The position numbers and the translations under genes are program-made. Under the pieces are notes generated by a model, which saw nothing but the letters and a program-made list of their open reading frames with translations, was not told the DNA's origin and did no database searches. Below are positions 1 through 10,527 of a stretch of 60,702 nucleotides of DNA, in pieces; the stretch's first letter is position 1, and each line of letters begins with the position of its first letter. The DNA is from a virus (taxonomy: Duplodnaviria > Caudoviricetes). The stretch covers positions 1 through 60,702 of IMG/VR virus record IMGVR_UViG_3300025872_000060. The stretch is one strand, 5' to 3'.

Positions 1-413
1 AGCTTGTAGTACCTGTCCTTCTGCTTCGGCCAGAAATCCTTCACATGATTTTCCATCTTCTTAAGGCACATTGCGAATATTGGGTGATTTGCGTCGCCTT
101 CTTCCGCAGCCTTCTCCAAGGCTTCAAGTGCTGGATCGATGCTGTAGGAGAATCCAGAATCATCGTCATCGTCCCAATACGATGATATTTTTCCAGCCCA
201 TCTTTCCGCCTCTTCCAGAGCCTGGCTAGGCTTTTTGACAGGCTTGCTTTCCGAAGACATTGGTCCTCCAGAAGACATTGGTCCTCCAGAAGGCGTTGGA
301 GTGCCAAAGTCGCCTTCTTCTCCCAGTCCATATGTACCAGATTGGGCTGTCTTCAGCCAGCCCATCTTGGTTCCTATTTCTTTCCAGTCCGATTTTGATA
401 GTTTTATCTTCAT
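1..413 (-). CDS. Partial protein running off the left edge (MKIKLSKSDWKEIGTKMGWLKTAQ...), possibly virion-associated
   Basis: ATG at 413 with an open frame to the window edge; absent from the ORF track because it has no stop. Contains an 18-nt tandem duplication (GGPMSS x2). The virion role is inference. Confidence 0.6.
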   Translation of the reverse strand, partial: MKIKLSKSDWKEIGTKMGWLKTAQSGTYGLGEEGDFGTPTPSGGPMSSGGPMSSESKPVKKPSQALEEAERWAGKISSYWDDDDDSGFSYSIDPALEALEKAAEEGDANHPIFAMCLKKMENHVKDFWPKQKDRYYK

Positions 414-493
414 TGCTTTCATCCTTTTGCTTAGTAAAAATGCATGTACTTTTATTTACATGCATCTCTTCCTTAAACTTCTGCAATATCTCA

Positions 494-829
494 TTATTTC
501 GCCTTTTTTATTCTCCGTCCCCCGCCCTTCGCCTTGCCGTGCAATGGCTTCACGAACTTATAGTAGTGGAACCAGGCCGCCCACGAGAACATCATCGCTA
601 GACCCATGTTCATCACCACCTCCGACACGGGAGGAGAACTCAGCGTCAGCACATTGAACAGGGATCCAGACGCGCATACGCTCAAGGCCACCTTCACGAG
701 GCACAGATGGTATCCCTTCATCTTGTGGATCAGGGCGTTCTCCCTCCCCAGCAGGAACACCAGGAACGCCACGAAGCTCACCGTCAGCACGCAGTTCGCT
801 GCCAGATTTACCCATGTTATCCAACTCAT
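494..829 (-). CDS. Small 3-TM membrane protein, holin-associated candidate
   Basis: Three hydrophobic segments and a basic C-terminus; 4-nt overlap with the upstream holin-like gene. Confidence 0.55.
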   Translation of the reverse strand: MSWITWVNLAANCVLTVSFVAFLVFLLGRENALIHKMKGYHLCLVKVALSVCASGSLFNVLTLSSPPVSEVVMNMGLAMMFSWAAWFHYYKFVKPLHGKAKGGGRRIKKAK

Positions 830-1224
830 CCCTTCCTCGCCTTTCTGCTGTTGCCCTTCCCAGCACCCTTCTTACCGATTTTTTTGCTGCCTTTCTTACG
901 AAGCATCGACGCCTTCTTCCTTCCGCCGCTCAGAAACCTCTCTATGACCATCTCCAGTCCCCTCAATCCCATGAACCCCATGGCGAACGCCACAGCGTAC
1001 TTGCCCCTTCCCTGCACGCTCTCTGGAAGGAAGTTTATTATCACAGGCGTCAGGTAGTTCGCGCATGCGGTTCCCGCCAGAAGGGACGCCACCGTCGCCC
1101 CCAGCCTCTGCGAGGCGCTCTTCGACACCATCAGGAGCGCCCCGAAGAACCCCGATATCAGGAAGCCTATCTCTATCCCGTAACTTATGAGTTGACCGCT
1201 CGCCGATCCAGTGTTTTCTTGCAT
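826..1224 (-). CDS. Phage holin-like membrane protein
   Basis: Three TM helices (LISGFFGALL; AGTACANYLTP; AFAMGFMGLRGLE) and a highly basic C-terminal tail. Confidence 0.55.
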   Translation of the reverse strand: MQENTGSASGQLISYGIEIGFLISGFFGALLMVSKSASQRLGATVASLLAGTACANYLTPVIINFLPESVQGRGKYAVAFAMGFMGLRGLEMVIERFLSGGRKKASMLRKKGSKKIGKKGAGKGNSRKARKG

Positions 1225-1318
1225 CCCGCACCCCCATAGGAATGTAATTATATAATAAACCTAGCCACGCCCTTCAGCGCAACCTCGATATTTAATAAAT
1301 TATTGCTCGGGAGTCCCT

Positions 1319-1498
1319 AAGGTATCCCCTAGGTGAGCAAAAAGGTATCCCCGTAGGTGAACAAAAAGGTATCCCCTAGGTGACACAGCAAGGTATCCCC
1401 TGCTTAGGCGATTCCCCCTTGCCCCCCCGATTTTTTCCATGCCAGCCCCCATGGAGCGATTAAAAAGCCTGTGAACAGCGAAGGCCTAAGGTATCCCC
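1319..1498. repeat. Iteron-like direct repeats AAGGTATCCCC x5
   Basis: Copies at 1319, 1342, 1366, 1390 (23-24 nt period) and 1488, next to an AT-rich tract at about 1243-1305. Confidence 0.8.
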
Positions 1499-1647
1499 CA
1501 GAAAGGGAAATCACCCCTATGTAGACCCCCTGGGTGGGGGGTACGCCTTAAGCCCCTGCCCTGTGGCTTGCTGCGCCCGTGCGGGACCAGGTTATCGCCA
1601 AATGACAACGCCCCCGCCGCGAGGGCGAGGGCGTTGCGCGCGGCTCG

Positions 1648-1701
1648 TCAGCGGCGCGGGGTGCGGATTGAGAGGAGGTCGATGTAGTGCTCGATGTCCA
1701 T
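1648..1701 (-). CDS. 17-aa micro-ORF MDIEHYIDLLSIRTPRR
   Basis: ATG is exactly 15 nt downstream of a motif copy at 1717-1727. Confidence 0.4.
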   Translation of the reverse strand: MDIEHYIDLLSIRTPRR

Positions 1702-1756
1702 GCCAACGACCTCGCGGTTTTGACGCTCTAATCTCGGACCGGCTTATCCGTGATTG

Positions 1757-1808
<52 letters not shown>

Positions 1809-1832
1809 GTCAAAGACAACGCCCCCGCCGCT

Positions 1833-1897
1833 AGGGCGAGGGCGCAGGGCGAGGGCGCAGGGCGAGGGCGCAGGGCGAGGGCGCAGGGCGAGGGCGC
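1833..1897. repeat. Minisatellite (AGGGCGAGGGCGC)5
   Basis: Read directly from the sequence. Confidence 0.95.
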
Positions 1898-1915
1898 AGG
1901 GGGCTTGCTGCCCCG

Positions 1916-2659
1916 TCACTCCCCCTGCGGGGGAGCGGGGTCGGCGGGGGCTTCCGCTGCCCCCTCCGCGACCTTGCTGCGGAGGGCGCGATTGGTCGCG
2001 CTGTTCCACGGCAACCCGTATTTATCGGCGCAGATCGGACCGTAGCCGTGTTCGATGCTACCCCCATCGGTTAGGGGACGGGAGCAGAAAGAACACCTGC
2101 CCGTCAGATGCCCGTAGCGGACGATAGCCGTCACGGGGTCGGCGGCGATGGCGGCGACCGCAAGGGCAACCTCGGGCGCGACCTCATCCCGCAGGATGAT
2201 CTCGGACGATCCAACGGGGATGTACCCGTAGTCGGTACGGGAGCCGAACTCCCCTACATCCGACACATATACCTTGCCGTTGCGACCGCGATTGAAGCGG
2301 ATGCCGCCCGCCGCGTCAAGGGTTACGCTGATGCGCTCCGCGCCCTTCTCAACGGCGCGGGTAAACATCTGCACGATGCCGCTTGCGTCGATCCGCGCGG
2401 CGGCGGCGGTCGCGGCTGCGCGCTGCACGCGCTGCGCCTCGCGGCGCACGCAGTCGATGACGCATTCGCGCTGCCTCGGGGACAGCGGGTGACCGCCCGT
2501 GACGAGGGCGAGCATCTTCCCGACGAAACCGCCGCTGCCCTCACGGGCGGCGGCGAGGCTAAGCCCCGCGATCACCTGCCCACGGGTGGGGTGGGCATCG
2601 GGCGCGAGGGCGGCGAGTTCGGCGGCGGGGGAATCGACGATGGTAGTGGTGGTAGCCAT
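1916..2659 (-). CDS. DUF6011-like zinc-binding domain protein
   Basis: C-terminal CSFCSRPLTDGGSIEHGYGPICA; start reassigned to the ATG 15 nt after the motif. Confidence 0.7.
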   Translation of the reverse strand: MATTTTIVDSPAAELAALAPDAHPTRGQVIAGLSLAAAREGSGGFVGKMLALVTGGHPLSPRQRECVIDCVRREAQRVQRAAATAAAARIDASGIVQMFTRAVEKGAERISVTLDAAGGIRFNRGRNGKVYVSDVGEFGSRTDYGYIPVGSSEIILRDEVAPEVALAVAAIAADPVTAIVRYGHLTGRCSFCSRPLTDGGSIEHGYGPICADKYGLPWNSATNRALRSKVAEGAAEAPADPAPPQGE

Positions 2660-2750
2660 GCCGATGCTGCTACTGTTTTGACGCCTCCCAAGCAGACAAT
2701 CTCGGACCAGCTGGTCCGAGATTGCTGCAAGTCGTTGCGAGGGTAGGGGT

Positions 2751-3002
2751 TTACCTTCCCCGTTCGATCCCCCGATATCTCTCCGTGACAAGGATCATGC
2801 ATTCACGGGCGGAAGCGTAGTCCGCGAAGAAACGGGGGGAGCGACCGTCCCCGTTGCACGGATGCCCGTCTTCAGCGATGGGCGTACCCGTGACGATATT
2901 GTAGACGAGCCATGTCCCCTCGGGAGTTTCCTCCATTTGCGCGAAGCGATTTGAATAAACCCGCAGGGGACGGTGACGGTTGCTGTTGGTGGTGGTAGCC
3001 AT
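2751..3002 (-). CDS. Hypothetical protein
   Basis: Motif-anchored start MATTTNS. Confidence 0.6.
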   Translation of the reverse strand: MATTTNSNRHRPLRVYSNRFAQMEETPEGTWLVYNIVTGTPIAEDGHPCNGDGRSPRFFADYASARECMILVTERYRGIERGR

Positions 3003-3124
3003 GCCTCTGCCCTCACGGTTTTGACGCCTCCCAACGACACAATCACGGATACGCCGGCCGGCGTATCCGTGATTCCTGCAAACGGTTGCAGGGGCGGGGC
3101 TTGCGCCCCGCCCCTGCGGGTGGT

Positions 3125-3520
3125 TTATGCGGCGGGGGGAAAGCCGATGGCATTCTCCTCTGCTCGGCGAATAAGATATTCGCCGTACCCATCGTACGAT
3201 GCGGGATACCTCGCGCGGATCTCCGCGCACCATTCTCCCCACGGTTCCGCGCAGATGGGCGATTCCGACCACGCATCGGAATCGGGGTTTGCAGCAAAGT
3301 GTGCTGCACACGCAGCGAGGGCTGCGTCCGCATCGGGGGCGGCGACCTTCCAGTTGCCCTCGCCCTTCGCCTTCCAACGCGATGGGCACTTGCCCTTCCC
3401 GTTCCAATCGTGGAAGCCGTAGTTCTCGTAGATTTGTGTTATGACGACGAACACGGTGGTGGTGGTGGTGGTGGTGGTGGTGGTGGTGGTGGTGTTGGTG
3501 GTGTTGGTGGTGGTAGCCAT
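3125..3520 (-). CDS. Hypothetical protein with poly-Thr N-terminus
   Basis: Motif-anchored start; (ACC)n tract; QIYENYG/RWKAKG segment. Confidence 0.65.
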   Translation of the reverse strand: MATTTNTTNTTTTTTTTTTTTTVFVVITQIYENYGFHDWNGKGKCPSRWKAKGEGNWKVAAPDADAALAACAAHFAANPDSDAWSESPICAEPWGEWCAEIRARYPASYDGYGEYLIRRAEENAIGFPPAA

Positions 3521-3625
3521 GCCTCTGCCCTCACGGTTTTGACGCTCCAATCTCGGACCAGCCGGTCCGAGATTGCTGCAAACGGTTGTGGGGGCGGGGC
3601 TTGCGCCCCGCCCCCTGCGGTTCGG

Positions 3626-3811
3626 TCAGCGGACGGTGAATCGTCCCGCGTCGAGCGCCTCCTGCGCCTCGGGCGTGGCGGGCGCACTTTCCAGCGCGCA
3701 CTCGCATGACATGTCACACTTGTGCACGGGGTCGTGCACCCAGCCGCTTCCGCGGCAGTCCTCGCACGACTTGCGGGGGGTCAGAAGGATGGTGATGGTG
3801 GTGGTAGCCAT
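3626..3811 (-). CDS. Small zinc-ribbon protein, paralog of 5739..6113
   Basis: CEDCRGSGWV...CECALE; shares TPEAQEAxDAGRFTV with the paralog. Confidence 0.65.
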   Translation of the reverse strand: MATTTITILLTPRKSCEDCRGSGWVHDPVHKCDMSCECALESAPATPEAQEALDAGRFTVR

Positions 3812-3922
3812 GCCTCTGCCCTCGCGGTTTTGACGCTCCAATCTCGGACCAGCCGGTCCGTGATTGCTGCAAACGGTTGCGGGGGCGGGGCTTGCGCCCC
3901 GCCCCCGCACGGCTACCAACCG

Positions 3923-4171
3923 TTAGTTGCTGCGCGTTTGCCCTTCCGCCACGCGGCGCGCCTCCCAAGCGCGGGCTCGGGAGATGTAGATTCCTGCCCA
4001 GAGGGTCAGGGCGGCGGCGGCGAAACCGCCCAGGATCGGAACGGGCTGCCACGCGGGCTGCCCGCCTCGCCACGCGGCGGGTCCGATCAGATGCGCGATC
4101 ACGCATCCGATCATGACAAGAGAGAGGGTCTGGAAGATACGAGGGGCGTTGTTGTAGATGAAGTTGCTCAT
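3923..4171 (-). CDS. Small 2-TM membrane protein
   Basis: Two hydrophobic segments; motif-anchored start. Confidence 0.6.
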   Translation of the reverse strand: MSNFIYNNAPRIFQTLSLVMIGCVIAHLIGPAAWRGGQPAWQPVPILGGFAAAALTLWAGIYISRARAWEARRVAEGQTRSN

Positions 4172-4294
4172 GCCGATGCCCTCGAGGTTTTGACGCCATG
4201 CAGCGACACAATCACGGATACGCCGGCCGGCGTATCCGTGATTCCTGCAAACGGTTGTAGGGGCGAAGCTTGCGCCCCGCCCCCTGCGGTTCGG

Positions 4295-5214
4295 TCAATC
4301 GTACCCCTGCCCGTGGTCGTTGGTCGACAGGGCGACGATCTGCGCCTCCGCACGGGCGATGCGGATGCGGAGGTCTTCGATTTCCGCTGCCGCGCGGAGC
4401 AGCACCTTCTGCGTGTCCGCGTTGGTGAAGTACCAGTTGTTCGCGACGGCGCGCAGGGCATCGGGGGTGTTGTCGTTGTGGGGGTTGTAGATGGTGGTGG
4501 TAGCCATGCCTGTACCATCGCGGTTTTGACGCCATGGTGGTGCGGCTGTTCAAACGACAACGCCCCGCCGGGAGGCGAGGGCGTTGGTTGCGGATGGCGC
4601 GAGGGGACTACCTGCCCTCTGCCTCCTCTGCGAGTCCGAGGCGGGCTCGCTCTGCGGCGATGGCTGCGCGGATGACCGCGCAGACGGCATCGGGCTTTGT
4701 GCTGCGCGGAAGCCCAAACTCCCGACGAGCGGTTGCGAGGGCTCCCCCGCCCACGCGGGTGACGAGCATCTTGCTCCCCTGCGCGCGCTGTCGCGCCTCA
4801 AACTCCGCTCCGCGGAGCATCGCGGTGAGGCGAACGAGGGGAACCATCGAACCTTCGATTACGATGTGGTTGTTGGTAGTCATGCTTCTCATCCTACAGT
4901 TTTGACGCCCTAGCCGGGCGGGTTGGCATGCGGCTGAAATAGGACGCAGGGCGCGAGACTGGAGTCCCGCGCCCTGCGCATCGTCCTTACTCGGCCGCTT
5001 TCGCACGGAGGCGGTCGAGTTCCGCCTTGTACCACGATCCCTTCTCTGCACGCCACATGAGCTCCGTGATGCACGGGATGCGGCGGTCGCCGTAGTTTGT
5101 TATGGCGATGGCATACAACTCTGAAGCCGACATCTGATCGGTCGGCTTGTCCTTCCAGTCGTTCTGATTCGTGACGGGCGCAGGAACGGTGGCGGTGATG
5201 ATAGTGGCATCCAT
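4295..5214 (-). CDS. Three small hypothetical genes (4295..4507, 4608..4883, 4987..5214)
   Basis: Each ATG is 15 nt after a motif copy. Confidence 0.6.
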
Positions 5215-5301
5215 GCTTCGGTGCATCCTGTTTTGACGCCTTCAACCGGGGCAGGTGACGCATGGGCAGGGGCGGCACTACTCGCCCCTGCCCCTGCTCG
5301 G

Positions 5302-5619
5302 CTACCAACCGTGCTTTGCCCTGTAGCACGCCTCGTAGCACTCACGGGCGTTCTGCAGGATGTTGACGGGAAAGTGATTGGGAAACGCGATGACCACCGC
5401 GCACCACGAACAATCCTCCTCGAAATTATTGTCCTGCGTGAAAGAGCACTTGCGCAGGTTCTCGGGCATCTGCTCGAGCCGCGCAGGGGACACGACGAAA
5501 CCGCCGTGACTTGCGGTGGTGATCCAGTCGATGCCCTCCGCGATGGGCTTGACGGACTGGATCTTGCCCCATGTGGAGGAGGAGCCGACGACGGGGGTGT
5601 TGTAGGTGGTGGTAGTCAT
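5302..5619 (-). CDS. DUF7007-like protein
   Basis: TWGKIQ...TASHGGF...FEEDCSW pattern, recognised from memory. Confidence 0.65.
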   Translation of the reverse strand: MTTTTYNTPVVGSSSTWGKIQSVKPIAEGIDWITTASHGGFVVSPARLEQMPENLRKCSFTQDNNFEEDCSWCAVVIAFPNHFPVNILQNARECYEACYRAKHGW

Positions 5620-5738
5620 GCACTTGACCTTCGGGTTTTGACGCCATGGTGAGGCGAATCAATGACAAACTGGCCTGGATTTGGACGGTAGCGGGGGCGG
5701 GGCTTGCGCCCCGCCCCCGCACGGCTACCAACCGTTGT

Positions 5739-6113
5739 TCATTCCATGTCCCCGCAATCGCCTTCACAGGCTGAATGCAGGGCGTTGTCGATCCACGCGT
5801 CGGGATTCGACTCGGCATTCGACTCGGCTGCTTCTGCCGCGCGCATTTCCCAATATGCGCGATAATCGGCTGCTTCCTGCTCCTCGCAGGCGCGGTTGAA
5901 CGCTTCCATCGCCGCGATGTATTCGGGCGCGGGGGAGACGGTGAACCGTCCCGCGTCGATGGCTTCCTGCGCCTCGGGCGTGTTGGGCGCACCCTCGAAA
6001 GCGCACTCGCAGTCGAGAACCTCGCCGTGAGATTCCTGAACCCACCCGCTGCCACGGCAAATCTTGCAGGCATGGGAAGCGGTCAGGTTGATCTTGTCAT
6101 TGTTGGTAGTCAT
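5739..6113 (-). CDS. Zinc-ribbon protein with acidic tail
   Basis: CKICRGSGWV...CECAFE; paralog of 3626..3811. Confidence 0.65.
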   Translation of the reverse strand: MTTNNDKINLTASHACKICRGSGWVQESHGEVLDCECAFEGAPNTPEAQEAIDAGRFTVSPAPEYIAAMEAFNRACEEQEAADYRAYWEMRAAEAAESNAESNPDAWIDNALHSACEGDCGDME

Positions 6114-6192
6114 GCTTCGGTGCATCGGGTTTTGACGCCTCAACCGGGGGACGGGGGCGGCACTACTCGCCCCGCGTCCCTCGCGGCTTTGT

Positions 6193-9100
6193 TCATTCCC
6201 CTGCGGCGGCGCGCAGGGCGGTCAACGGTTCCAGTTGGTCGCGGTACACGGGGAAGCCGTAGTTCTCTGCCCATGACTGCTGCAAGTCGGTCATGGGGAT
6301 CTCGTCGGTGACGATCCATGCCACGATGTGATCGGCAGGATCGTCGCTCCACGGCTGATTCACAGCGGGGATGATGGGCGTTCCCGCGGGGAACGCCATC
6401 GCGTTGGACGCGAACCCGTAGCGGACGGTCACGGGAGCGGGGAGAGTGTCGGGGATGAAGATTTTGGGGGTAGCCATGCTTCGGTGCATCGGGTTTTGAC
6501 GCCCTAGCCGGGCGGGAAAGCGTAGGGGCAGGGCGGCACTACTCGCCCTGCCCCCGCAAGATGTTACGAATAGTGGCGGTCGCCGCGGGAAGCCTCGGGG
6601 ACTTCCTCCTGCACCGTCACATAGTACGATTCCGCACCGTCATCCTCGCCGTAGACGCTGTTGGAGTCGTCGATGCCACGCGCCTCGCAGTACGCGAGTT
6701 GGTTCAGGCAGGCTTCGCCGTGGGCGCGGGAAGCCTCGGCGGTATGAGCGGCGGCTTCCGCTTCGATCTGCTTGCGGAGTTCCTCCGCTGCCTCAAGGGT
6801 GGAAACGCGGTGGTACGCGACGGGGGTTTCGTCGTTTCCCCACCAGCCGCCCTCTTCGGGCCCCCCGTAGAACGGAGTCCGCTTCCACAGCACGATGTAG
6901 TGCGGCTTGGCGAGGGTGGCATCGGGGAGAGCCGACATGAATGCGTTGAAGATGTTGTTGCTGGTAGCCATGCCTCTGCACTCTCGGTTTTGACGCCTCG
7001 ACCGGGCAGGAAAGCGAGGGACGGGGGCGCACTACTCGCCCCCGCCCCGCGCGTTCAGGTCAGGCTGTTCAAGGCTTCCTCCGCGTAGGAAGAAACGGGG
7101 GAGCCTTCCGCGAGGGCGGCAAACCGTTCCTTCGCCTCGTGGACGGCGATCAGGGCATCCGCGAGGGCTTCCGCGCCTTCGCGGGTCACGGCTTTATGCT
7201 CCGCGATGGCGTTTAGCGTGCGCTGCACGCCACAGGAGTTGGCTTCCCAACCCTTGAAGTTCACGCACTTGGGGGAATACATCCCCTCACGGGAGCCAAG
7301 CCACGCCGTGAGGCGGTTGTCGTGCTTCCGATTCGACTCGCCGCCCCACGCGGTGATCGTCCAAGAAACGAATGCGTTTTCGGAATCGGTCAGGACGATG
7401 GTGGCGTTCTGCCATCCGAGGATTTCGGCGACCTTGCCGCAAATGCGGCGAGTCACGCTCTTGCCATCCAGTTCCTTCATGCAGGAACGGACGGCGAGAT
7501 GGAACGCGAGTTCCTGCCCCAGAGTCGTGAGGCGATCCGAGTTTCGTGCGAGGACTTCATTGACGATTTCCTCGCGGAGATTGGTGGTGGCGGTAGTCAT
7601 GCTTCTCATCTTACGGTTTTGACGCCCTAGCCGGGCGGGCTACCGATTGTCCTCTTGGTTGAGGTTTCAATGGGGATCGCGGCGGGGGCGGCTAGGATTA
7701 GCGTACACACCGTAGCCGCAGAACGCGGCTTGTTCTGCGTTCGCAAGGTCATAAATGACATTGCGAATGGTGGTGACCACGCTACCATCGACTTCAACGA
7801 TGTAGTCGTTGGAACGCGCCTCTTGGCTGATCTTTGCAGCCGCGCCCCATGTCGCGCGGACATAACCGCGCGCGAATCCGTTCAATCCCGTGTGATGGGC
7901 GCAGAATACCTCTGAATCCCAGTCCTCGTGGAATGCGTCGATCAGGATGACATCCTCATCGTGAAACAGGACATTAGCGTGAGTATGTTCGGTTTGGGTG
8001 GTGGTAGCCATGCTTCTCGTCCTCTGGTTTTGACGCCCTAGCCGGGCGCAATGATGCGAGGCAGGGCGCACTACTCGCCCTGCCTCGCGTGGGGGGGGTG
8101 GATCAGATCAGCCCGAGGATTCGGAGCCACGAGCGGGGGTGGTCGGGCTCAACAGTCTCGCCGTCTACGCTGTCGCAGACGGAGTCGTACACCATGTCCT
8201 CCAGTTCATCGACGGAGGGGACTTCCACCCATTGAAGTTCCCCGTCGATGCGGAGATACTTGTGCGAGGGCAATCCATCCTCGCGGGTGCGGTATCCCTT
8301 CGGGGTGGCGACCCATCCCCCGCTTCGTGCGCGGAGATGGGAGGGCTTTCCATGCCCGTTGTCGGGCATGTAGTCGGCGGGTGCGTCAGGGGGGATGTTG
8401 TTTGTAGTGCTGTTGCTCATGCCCGTTCTCCTGCGGTTTTGACGCCTCGTGGTGACAGCCGTTAGGCTGCCTTCGTCTCCCCCTCGCGCGGGCGGTAGAC
8501 GCTGATGATCCTGCGCGCGAGGCAGCAGTAGATCACCTTGTCGCCCGCCTTGTAGGCGGTTCCGTTGGGGGTCTTGCCGTCCCACTTGGCTTCCATCAGG
8601 CGGTGCGGGTAGGTGATGGGCTTGTTGTTTGTAGTGCTTTGCATGATTGCGATCCTCTGGTTTTGACGCCTCGACCGGGCGGGAAAGCGAGGGACGGTGC
8701 TACTCGCCCAACTTATCTCGCAAGTCGGAGATTTCCGTTCCGCTCATGTCATATGACTCTGCGATTTCCTCGCAGATGTCCATGTTCTTGAGCGCGAGGC
8801 GCGCGAGGTCGAGAACAATGTTCTTCTCCACGATGCCGAGGTAGTCTAGGGTGGGATTCATGCTTCTCATCCTCTGGTTTTGACGCCCCAACCGGGCGGG
8901 AAAGCGAGGGACGGGGGCGGCACTACTCGCCCCGCGTCCCTCGCGGCTACCTTTCGTTAGGCGAGGGTCGCTTCGCCCTCGACTTGGGGGTAGGTCGTGC
9001 GACCTGCCACCTTCTTGATGTACGGCTTACCAAGCCGCTCCATCATCTCCGTAACGGCGGGGGACAAAGCCTCCTCTGCCGCCGCCCACTCCTCCTCGCT

Positions 9101-9646
9101 CATGGCGGCGATGTCTGCCGCCATCTCCTCCAAGCCGTCGCGCTGGAAGCCCATGCGCTTGAGCGCGATGCAGAGCAGGCGCAGCGGCTTCATGGCGTTC
9201 GTGAACTGCTGATCGTACTCGCAGCCCGTGTTCGCCGTGAAGCGAACGGTCGCGGTGATCTCGCCGCTCTCCGTGCTGTTGGGGAGAAGGTCTGCGAGCT
9301 CCTGAATGAGAGCCTTCGCAGCAGCGGACTTCGCGTTGAGGTTGATCTTCTTCTTGCTCATCGTGGTAGCCTTTCGCGGCTGAGCCGCATGGTTGTTGAT
9401 CTGATCCCTACGGTTTTGACGCCTTGCCCGATTTCACTTCGTGATCTTCCATCCTCCGCGACCAACCGTCTTGATGGTGTAGCCGCGCTCCTCAATTGCC
9501 TTGTGGAGCTCCCGCATGGATTCCGTGTGGCGGTCGCGGTCGCCCTGCGTGACGCAGAGGTCAAAGTCCCCGTCGAGGTCGAGGAAGGCTTGGATCAGGG
9601 TGTCGTCGTCCGCGTTGTCGATGAAGGATGAGTCGGTGATAGCCAT
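6193..9646 (-). CDS. Nine hypothetical genes (6193..6477, 6564..6971, 7055..7600, 7667..8011, 8103..8420, 8462..8644, 8700..8861, 8957..9361, 9434..9646)
   Basis: Each is preceded by the motif; they tile the minus strand without overlap. Confidence 0.65.
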
Positions 9647-9694
9647 GCTTCTCACCCTGCGGTTTTGACGCCCCACCGGGGGCTTTCCCGCGCG

Positions 9695-10435
9695 TCATGC
9701 GCAGGCGATTCTCCCCGCCTCGTCAAAGTGGTACTCGTTCGCCTCCGCGCACCCCATGACCGCTTCCTCCCCCATGAGGTACTCGTACTCGTCGCGCAGG
9801 TCGCGGTAGATTGCCGCGCAGAGGTCGCGGTAGATTTCCTTCACGGCATTCTCAAAGTAGCCGATCTCCGCGCGGTAGTCGATATCGCCTCCGTGCTTTG
9901 CAGCGTCCGCGAGGTCGTGCATCTCGTCGCCCTGCTCGGGGGGATTGCAGTCCGCTTCCACCGCGACGGTGGCAGAATGTGCGTAGCGGTGCGAGTTTCG
10001 GGTGAGAGTCACCCACGCCTCGCCTTCCACGGCGAGTGGCAGCAGGGCGGAGAAGTCCGTCTTGCGGATGCCGCCCACCTTGTTCGCCAGCCACGCGGCG
10101 AATGTTTCCTTGCCGTCCTCCGCGCCGATGACGGTGCTTGGCGCGGGAGGATTGCCGAACAGACGGATGAGGGTGGCGGCATCGGGGGAAGCCGTGAACG
10201 AAGCCCCGTCCCCCTGCGAGTAGAAACCGCTGAAGGTGATGTCGGCATCGTTGAAGCCGATCTCCGCGAGAGCGTTCTTCCAAGTGTCCACGGTTCCATC
10301 CCACCAGTCGTGATCGGTGTTCACCTGCGCGCAGAAGTCGAACGCGCGCTCGTAGGCGGTGCGGCTGATCTCGCCGCTCTCGACGGCAGACTTCATCTCG
10401 GGCAGGGTGCGAACGGTGGTAGTGATCTGCTTCAT
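9695..10435 (-). CDS. Mobile-element protein of the FSGFxSQGDGASF family (often annotated as antitoxin-like)
   Basis: ITFSGFYSQGDGASF and C-terminal EANEYHFDEAG motifs. Confidence 0.6.
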   Translation of the reverse strand: MKQITTTVRTLPEMKSAVESGEISRTAYERAFDFCAQVNTDHDWWDGTVDTWKNALAEIGFNDADITFSGFYSQGDGASFTASPDAATLIRLFGNPPAPSTVIGAEDGKETFAAWLANKVGGIRKTDFSALLPLAVEGEAWVTLTRNSHRYAHSATVAVEADCNPPEQGDEMHDLADAAKHGGDIDYRAEIGYFENAVKEIYRDLCAAIYRDLRDEYEYLMGEEAVMGCAEANEYHFDEAGRIACA

Positions 10436-10527
10436 GGTGATTGTCCTCCCGCGGTTTTGACGCCCTGAAGTCAATGGGCAATCCCTGACCTTTCGATCAG
10501 GGATGCCGTGTTCGTCGTGGAGGGGCG

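Larger units (their letters stand above)
2698..5735. repeat. Intergenic repeat family A: long palindrome plus GC hairpin
   Basis: Perfect palindromes at 2698-2723 (26 bp), 3041-3074 and 4210-4243 (34 bp); near-perfect copies at 3549 and 3840 (also 1730). Several are followed by GGGGCGGGGCTTGCGCCCCGCCCC. Confidence 0.85.
5266..8948. repeat. Intergenic repeat family B: hairpin with GGGCG(G)CACTACTCGCCC core
   Basis: About 7 copies near 5266, 6146, 6525, 7013, 8056, 8686 and 8903, each just after a minus-strand stop codon. Confidence 0.8.

Noticed and set aside
1319-1400. Mini CRISPR array
   Set aside because: Period is only 23-24 nt with 5-8 nt variable parts.
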